Of a DNA stretch of 64,000 nt, positions 55,701 through 64,000 are shown in pieces. The translations under genes and the position numbers were made by a program. The DNA is from Octopus vulgaris. Taxonomy: Eukaryota. Position 1 is the stretch's first letter. Every line of letters starts with the position of its first letter. The notes beneath the pieces are model-generated. The model saw only the letters and a list, made by a program, of their open reading frames with translations, was not told the DNA's origin and did not search any database. The stretch is taken from assembly GCA_951406725.2 (NCBI GenBank), contig OX597838.1:7750001-7814000 (forward strand), in the 5' to 3' direction.

Positions 55701-56335
55701 CATATATATATACATGAGCTGTTAGCGACAGTTGGAGTTTTTGTGACGAACAATATTGGGCAGATGCCACCTAAATTAGACGTCCTTCTTTTTTTTCAGA
55801 CCGTTTTAAACTGTTATAAACCTTAAACTATCAGTCCTCACCAATACTATTATAGTCGCAAAGAACTAATTGATTCGTAGCCCTCCGGTTCTCGTTCGGG
55901 CATTCGGTGCTAGGCTGGTTATCGCTGATGATCTGCAACTAATGGGGAAATCATATAATACGATCGTTTCCTCAGCTGATGAATTATTCGGTGTTTAATG
56001 AGCATGTCTCGTGAACACGTGATGGTATCTCTGGCCGTGGACATTTACAGCAGTTCAAGGCGTACCAAAACAACACATCAAATTTATGAGTGGACGTATT
56101 AAATATGTGTAATTGTATTGAATACATACACACAAACTTAAATGATTGTGTGTGTGGGTGTGGGTGTGTGTGTGTGTGTAAAGGTGTAGGCCTTAGTAAG
56201 AAGCTTGCTTACCAACCACAAGTTTCCAGTTTCAGTCGCATTGTATGGCCCCTGGGCAAATATCTTCTAATATTACGTCGTTTCGAGCAAAGGCATGTGG
56301 GTGGAGTTGGTAGACAAAAACTGAAAGAAGCACAA

Positions 56336-56404
<69 letters not shown>

Positions 56405-56429
56405 CATACATACATACATACACATATAT

Positions 56430-56488
<59 letters not shown>

Positions 56489-56587
56489 TAAAAACGGTGA
56501 GATAACAAAAGAAAGAAAGAGACCTCAATATTATGTAAATAGAGGAAATTTATCTATAAAATAATATGTTACATTACTCAATAGTCA

Positions 56588-56650
56588 AGATAAAACTCTG
56601 AGTTTCAGATGCCGAAGTGGAAATCCACAACACCATCTCTTCGGTTATCT
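56588..56650 (-). ncRNA. Hammerhead-like motif with a U4-to-C core variant
   Basis: Minus strand: AGAUAA-CCGAAGA-GAUG...GUGGA-UU-UCCAC...CAUC-U-GAAA-CUC-A-GAG-UU-UUAUCU; 6-bp stem I. Confidence 0.55.
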
Positions 56651-56735
56651 GGCCATACATACATACATACATACATACATACATACATACATACAGACAT
56701 ACATTTATACATACATACACATATATATACATACA

Positions 56736-56770
<35 letters not shown>

Positions 56771-57002
56771 TTGTACAGTGAACAGTAATTGACGAAACCG
56801 GTATGACTTTGAATCCATTTAACAATTCACAATAATGACTTTTATTCCTCTTAATTCCACCTCAGTTCACCTAATTGTATATATTTATAGGTACTTTTTA
56901 TAATTTTTTATATTTAATGTGCATTTTCGCTTCTTTTCCTCTTATTTTCCCCATATATTTTCGACGTGTAGTTTTTATTTTCGTTTTGAAACATATTTCT
57001 AT

Positions 57003-57059
<57 letters not shown>

Positions 57060-57658
57060 CGAATTCACAAAAACAAAACAAAAGACGAAGACAGATGGTG
57101 TAGACACCAAACAGATCTATTAGTTTAACCTTCGGGAAGTGAAAAAGTCTTTAACGTTTCAAGCCTACGCTCTTCCACAGAATGGAACACAGAAAGAAAC
57201 AAGGAGAGAAAATTATATATATATATATATAAGGGTTTATAGGATTGCAAGAGAAGTGCTCAAATTCAAATGAGACGAATATAAAAGACTTTTTTCCAAT
57301 ATTCTTTCAAATGTTTGAAAAAAAATTTTGTTTTAGAATTTTAAAAAAGATTTCAATCTTCTGATAAAACTTTCTTCAGTCGGTGGATATGTATTTTATT
57401 TTTATTTTTACCTTTACTTATTTTATATTTGTCAATTAGGTTCTTTGGTACTTTTTGAATTTTTAACCGTTTATATTTAGCATTTTTCTTTGGCCGTTCT
57501 ATTTTTGTTTTATTCCATTATATAATTTTACCTTCTGTATATGTATTATGTTTGTGTGTTTGTGAACTATGGTAATTTTTTTATACGATTAAATGTTTGA
57601 AAGTGTTGTATTTAAAGTTGTTGACCCAAATTTAATGTTTGCTCTATAACCAATGCTT

Positions 57659-57744
<86 letters not shown>

Positions 57745-57757
57745 ATATGTATATATA

Positions 57758-57813
<56 letters not shown>

Positions 57814-58263
57814 TATATATGTGTATGTATGTATATATGGATATATATACATATATATATATATATGTATATATATATTATATATATAAGAAATTTAACA
57901 TTTGAGTTCTATAATCAGTTTTTTGTTTTGTCCTAATTTCTATAAACTTTGTAGTTTTGTTGTAAAATAGATAAATTTAACAAAATAAAGTTTGCAAACT
58001 CAAGTGAAACACCAAATATGAAAATATAGCTGTATCTTGTAAACTTAGCTGAACAATGGCCTTAACTATATATGTAGCTATTAGCGGCAGTGTATATATA
58101 TTCAGTGCTACCATATTTGTATGTGTGTGTGTCTGTGCCTGTGTATGCTTGTGTGTGTACATATGTCATACGATGTTGAATCTTGTATTCATATTTTATT
58201 ATTCCGTTGTCAATTGTATCATAAACTAATAAATATTATTAAATATGACAAATTTAAGAGATG

Positions 58264-58297
<34 letters not shown>

Positions 58298-58718
58298 GCT
58301 CTTATGGTATCTGTATTTGTTGTAATTATTGTTGTCAACATCTTTCGTGGATCTGCTAAACAAATATTCAGAGATAAATTCAATTTTAATGATTATATTT
58401 AAACCACGTTTCCTTCCGAAAATTTTACCTCGGCTCATTATCAGGAGTTACTGGCGGTTTTTATTGAGCCAGCTTCATACTTTCGCCTACTTTATGCCAT
58501 TGATATCATGCTAAGTTTACAAACAAAAGTCCCGAGTTCGAAGACACTCAGAAACCAAATACACAATGTTGAATATATCATTTCTTGGCAATGTGAATTC
58601 AAAGACAACGCTATGTAATTTAAATGCAGCAATATTTCTGCATTGAAAATGAGGTTAGTAACTCGGAGATACATAAGTGTGAATGACTGAAAATTGAATG
58701 AAAGTTTATGAATGTATG

Positions 58719-58788
<70 letters not shown>

Positions 58789-59677
58789 CATATATATGTA
58801 TTTGCATACACATACACATATGCATATATATATATATATATTGTATTGAAGCATATGTTGTTGGGCCTGGAAAGAGACATTGTGTTTAAATGCCGTATTA
58901 ATTAACACACTCACTGGTTCAATTTCCACTCGTGTATTTATTTAATTTTTTTTCTTTTCTAAAATTTTCGTTGCTTCTTACGACCTCTTCAGTTGTTATT
59001 CACTCTGTCTGTTAGAAAATTTTAGATAAAAAAATTAAGTAAATAAGTAAATGAGTGATGAGTGGGAAGGGAACCGGTGTTTGGGTTAATTAATATGGCA
59101 TTAAAACAGAATGACTCTCCCAAGACACAACAATATATCTATATACATATATATGCATAAATATGTACATATACCTATGTGCGTGTGTGTGTGAGTATGT
59201 GCGTGTATAATGTTATTCTGGTGTTTTTCTGGACATTAAGTCTATTAAGCAGACAGGACGAACTGGTTAGTTTAAACAGACTATTTTCCTTAACGGTAGA
59301 GATATAACGGAAATATTTAATTTGGAACCTGTTATTTGCTGGGAAATTACGGAAAATATTTTAAGTCGCAGAATGATACGGATGCTTAATTCAAAGCTGA
59401 GTACCAGGCGGAAATAAAAGACCAAAATCTAAATCACCAGCTTCTTCACCAACTACTCCTGGGATTCCACTACTCCTGGGATGCATCCCTTCATCAGAGA
59501 CGGTGGCAGAAAATGTTTAAGTAATTGTCATTATAGAGAAGATTTGAAATACAGAGTGAAGAGGACGAATGAAAACAGACGTGAGATACGTAAGGATATT
59601 GTATATGCAGTTCCAATATTTAAGCAGAATGGTTTGTATATATAAGTCTCCAGTACCTTGTGTGTATAGATAGATAA

Positions 59678-59753
<76 letters not shown>

Positions 59754-59794
59754 GTGGGTAGATAGGTAGGTAGGTAGGAAGGTAGGTACGTAGG

Positions 59795-59891
<97 letters not shown>

Positions 59892-60615
59892 TACTAACAC
59901 TAAACTTAGAACTTTCAATACATACCGATTAACAAACCAATAGCTTTCACCACACGATTAACTCTGAATATGTTTTCCAATGCGACTTTATTTTCTTTTA
60001 AAATCGTTGAACATACTGACATAGAGATGTGGCTGTTATTTCTAGTAACGCCGACCGATAAAACAGACGCTTTTACATCCGCTCCACGTATGTCACACAC
60101 GAAGGCGCGAAATGTAAAGATATAAATATAAGTAGTACTAAACTTAATTATAACTTTCAACACACATGGATTAACAAAACATCCATTACGCCTATGCAAA
60201 CATAATTAACCTTAGTCACTTTGTGCGAAAGCAACATTAAATTTCTCGGTGTTGCCGTAAGTTTATTAGGCTTATATGCCTAAATGAGAGCGCATGACAC
60301 TTTCAAACCGGCCATATCATATTTGACTCTCCCATACGTTATCATAAGATATCATATGATGTTATAGTACATGCGGGTATTTCTAAAGAATTATTGCCAT
60401 AAATGTCGAAATGTCTAAGACGAGTGGTTGCTCATAAGATGTTAATTTTCCTGGCTATTAAATTCTTCTGCAGAGTAGACGTTTACAATATTCATATCTA
60501 CACTTCATTTTATCAGACTCAATATGTGACCATCAAAATTATTATTCCAAGATGTTTCCATGGTTCTCGATTGGATACCAGTTCCGATCATTAGTTATTG
60601 AACTGCATAAAATGG

Positions 60616-60775
60616 CGCGGACGTGGCTGTGTGGTAAGAAGTTTGCTTTCCTACTGCGCGATTCCTAGTTCAGTCCCACTGCGTGGAACCTTGGACAAGT
60701 GTATTTTATATGGTCTCGTGTTGACGAAAGCCTTGAGAGTAATTTGGCCGAGGGAAACTGAAAGACCATCGTATA
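60616..60775 (+). mobile_element. SINE family A, 5' half
   Basis: GTGGCTGTGTGGTAAGAAGTTTGCT...AGTTCAGTCCCACTGCGTGG. Confidence 0.75.
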
Positions 60776-61159
60776 TAAATATATATGTGTGCGTGTGTGT
60801 GTATGTGTGTGCATGCGTGTATACTTCTGTGCGTGCGTGTGTACGTGTGCGCGGGCGTGTGTCTGTTCTGTTAAGTAAAAAGAATCGGAACGTCCACTTT
60901 GGATTTGAGTTCAAACAGTATACCGATATTCTTCTGACAGCATTGGTACCATTTATAAGAATGACTTAGCTTAAATTCTAATGAGATAGAATATGTCTTT
61001 TACTAAACATTTTGCCGGTATTTTAATCTAAAGCTCTTTCCAATGTGTAAACAAACTTAAATCTAACCTGGCTAGCATTTGAACAAATAAATGCTTTGCG
61101 TACCGAATCCTGTATCGGAACAAGAATTTTCTGCATGGGTCAGAATGTTCAAAATATTC

Positions 61160-61200
61160 GTCACTGAGGAGACCAAATGAAGTCGAAACCTTGTTTCTGG
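61160..61200 (+). ncRNA. Possible degenerate hammerhead-like motif
   Basis: CUGAGGA-GAC-CAAAUGAA-GUC-GAAA-CCUUG-UU. Core and stems II and III are present, but stem I barely pairs. Confidence 0.35.
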
Positions 61201-62855
61201 TAACTCATCGATATTCCGAGCGAAAAGCCGTGAAATTTTTACAGCGTTTATATCTGTATTACACCACGGTATTTTCATTTATTTCCCGGGTTATATTCAT
61301 CGGTGTAATAATTTATGCAACTAAAAAGAAGCGATGTGTGCAATGTTGATAGCTTACGGTCAGTAATATTTTAAGACCATATTGTAATACATAATCGTAT
61401 AGTGGTGTTTGTATATTAATATTTTTCTTATTCTATAACCAAGGAACACAACAAAGCCCTCGTGAGAGGTGAATTGAAATAAGGGTTTTCGTGTGTGAAA
61501 GGGGTGAATGAGAGCGTAGGATGTTATAGTATAGGAAATGAGAAAGTAAGATGTGGAGAATAAGGATTAAATAAGTGAGACCCAGAGTAAGGAGTTAATA
61601 TTCACAACATTATACAATACGCTACAGGAATTTTATACAAAGGGGATTTTATGGCTCAGAATACAGCGCAGATTGCAGTTGGAGATCGTAGATATAATTC
61701 CTATTATTATGCAGTTTGTATTATAGAGAGATAACACATTGCGTTATTCAATATAACTTTTCATATGATAATGCTGAACTTATATCGCATTATTGTCAAC
61801 ATTTCCTAATTTAATACGGTTTCATATTCACAGCACTATCTACCTTTATACTATGCGCTTTAAAATCAGTTACATTATTTCTGAATAAAGTTATTTCCTG
61901 AAAAACGTCACCAATGAGGGATAGGACGTTCGTCTTTAAGAATTGGTTTCTCAGCAAGAAAATGCTTTACTGCGTAAAACTTCCACAATCAGATCTGAAT
62001 TTCACCTTCTTGTAAAATCCTAACATGATTAGCGTCATTACTTGTGTATTACTATAAAAATAAAATGTTGAACTTTACAGTTTTCATGTTCTTTACTCCT
62101 AGTCATGTTCAGTGGTTTGTATACCATACATGAAAACCTAATATGTGTATTGAATAAGAAAAGAAAATACATATAGCGGGTGTGTATTATAACTTTCCAA
62201 TTCAAACATGACATTGCAGCCGGAGGTTGAAATCTTACCTTTATGATGATATAATTTTTTTTTAAATATTATTAAAAATTAATTTATAAAACTACATTCA
62301 GGTTATATGCATATATTATGAAATATTAATGGATATCTGTCCTGGTTTGGTTTTCATTCACCAACCTGTCCCATTGTATAAATCCAAATACAAAAATACT
62401 CTAAAATCCGAATGCAGCACTTCCGGTCGCAGACGTTTTGGTTAAGGAATTCTTAGTCTAAGATTATGTTAACATTTCCCCTATAATAAAGGCCAGTAGC
62501 TGATTTTCAAAATGTTGAATCTCTTAAGTATTGTGCCGCCTCATGTCCCAAACTCGTGTTCGTATCAGAGCCGTATTACATCCGATTTTCTTGTGCAATC
62601 CTTTCTTTTTGAGTTACATATTCATATGTGCCAATGGTTTCTTTGTCTTTCTATTTTAGTTTCATCTTGAAGAAACCCTTTGTCTCCTGTCCCAAACACT
62701 TTGATTCCTTTTCCCCTTCAGTCTTCTTACAATCATGTTTTTTATTCTATGACTAATCTCCTCTGTTCTCCTCCCTCTGTATTCTTCACTTTACTTTTCC
62801 ACATTCCAGGTTGCTCTCTCATTCCTTTCTCTCTCTCACTCTCTCCCTCTCTCTG

Positions 62856-62900
<45 letters not shown>

Positions 62901-62949
62901 CTCTATCTCTCTATCTCTCTCTCTCTTATTTTATTACTAATGACTGACC

Positions 62950-63290
62950 AGGACAGTGAGCTGGCCGGAATACTCAGCACGTCGGACAAAATGCTTAGAA
63001 GCATTTCTTCCAGTCTTATGTCCCGAGTTCAAACTCCGCCGATGTCGACTTTGTCCTTCACCTTTTCGGACTCGATAACACAAAGTGCCTACTGAACTGT
63101 AAAGTTGATTAATCAAATCAGCACCTCACCCTCTACCAATTACTCAGGCCTTGTGCCTAAAATTAAAAAAAAGTCACATCAGGAGAATTCCGTCGATTAT
63201 GACGACGAGGGTCCCAGCTGATCCGATCAACGGAACAGCTTGCTCGTGAAATTAACGTCCAAGTGGGTGAGTACTCCACAGACATACACG
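62950..63290. mobile_element. SINE family C (+, about 62950-63165) tail-to-tail with a family B 3' part (-, about 63180-63290)
   Basis: GAGCTGGCCGGAATACTCAGCACG...GAGTTCAAACTCCGCC, followed by the reverse complement of 21425-21525. Confidence 0.7.
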
Positions 63291-63499
63291 CACACTCAAA
63301 CATAAACGCACATATGCATCTGCAGGCGCGCGCATACAAGAATATCCACATACAATCACATCCTCACTATATTGCAAATTTTGTTTTTATTTTATTTTAT
63401 TTTATTTTATTTTATTTTATTTTATTTTATTTATTTCTACGAGTGTGTGCATTTCCAAGACATGGACATACACGCGCGCGCGCATTCACATAAAACCAT

Positions 63500-63914
63500 A
63501 GACACAAACAGCTACAGACACATCCACACAAACACACACACACACACACATTCACACACACAAACACGCACATGCACACACACAAACACACAAACACAGA
63601 CACATCCACACAAACACAGACACATCCACACAAACACACAGACACATCCACACACACACAAACACACACACACACACACACACATACACAGGCCCATTCA
63701 CATACACTCAAACACAGACTGACACATTCCTACACACACTCACACACACACAAACACAGAAACACCAGCAGACACATTCACACACACACAAATATACAGA
63801 CACAATCTCTCTCTCACACACACACACACAAACATAGACACACACAAACACACACACACACACACACACAAACATAGACACACACAAACACACACACACA
63901 CACACACAAACATA

Positions 63915-63986
<72 letters not shown>

Positions 63987-64000
63987 TAGACACACACAAA
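63500..64000. repeat. Interrupted (CA)n microsatellite/minisatellite
   Basis: Read directly from the sequence. Confidence 0.95.

Overview
This is eukaryotic, AT-rich, microsatellite-saturated genomic DNA, most likely an octopus (coleoid cephalopod); that assignment is inferred from the SINE families and repeat landscape. Almost every ORF in the six-frame track is a translation of (AT)n, (GT)n, (GATA)n or trinucleotide repeats. The one supportable host gene is on the + strand. Two coding exons (288-437 and 53210-53430), joined in phase across a 52,772-bp GT-AG intron, encode a complete 10-cysteine Ly6/uPAR (three-finger, Quiver/Sleepless-like) domain with a GPI-type tail. Its signal-peptide exon lies upstream of the window. 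The intron and flanks hold tRNA-derived SINEs of at least three families, mariner relics and MITEs, and LINE fragments (CR1-like, RTE-like, R4/RLE-like). The most striking non-coding signal is a set of about 15 type-I hammerhead-ribozyme-like motifs from several unrelated short repeat families, of the kind found in Penelope-like elements. They include canonical-core copies, recurrent core variants (CCGANGA and CUGUNGA), and one canonical-core copy in sense orientation about 1.1 kb after the Ly6 stop codon. All calls come from reading by eye; no searches or folding programs were run, and repeat boundaries are approximate.
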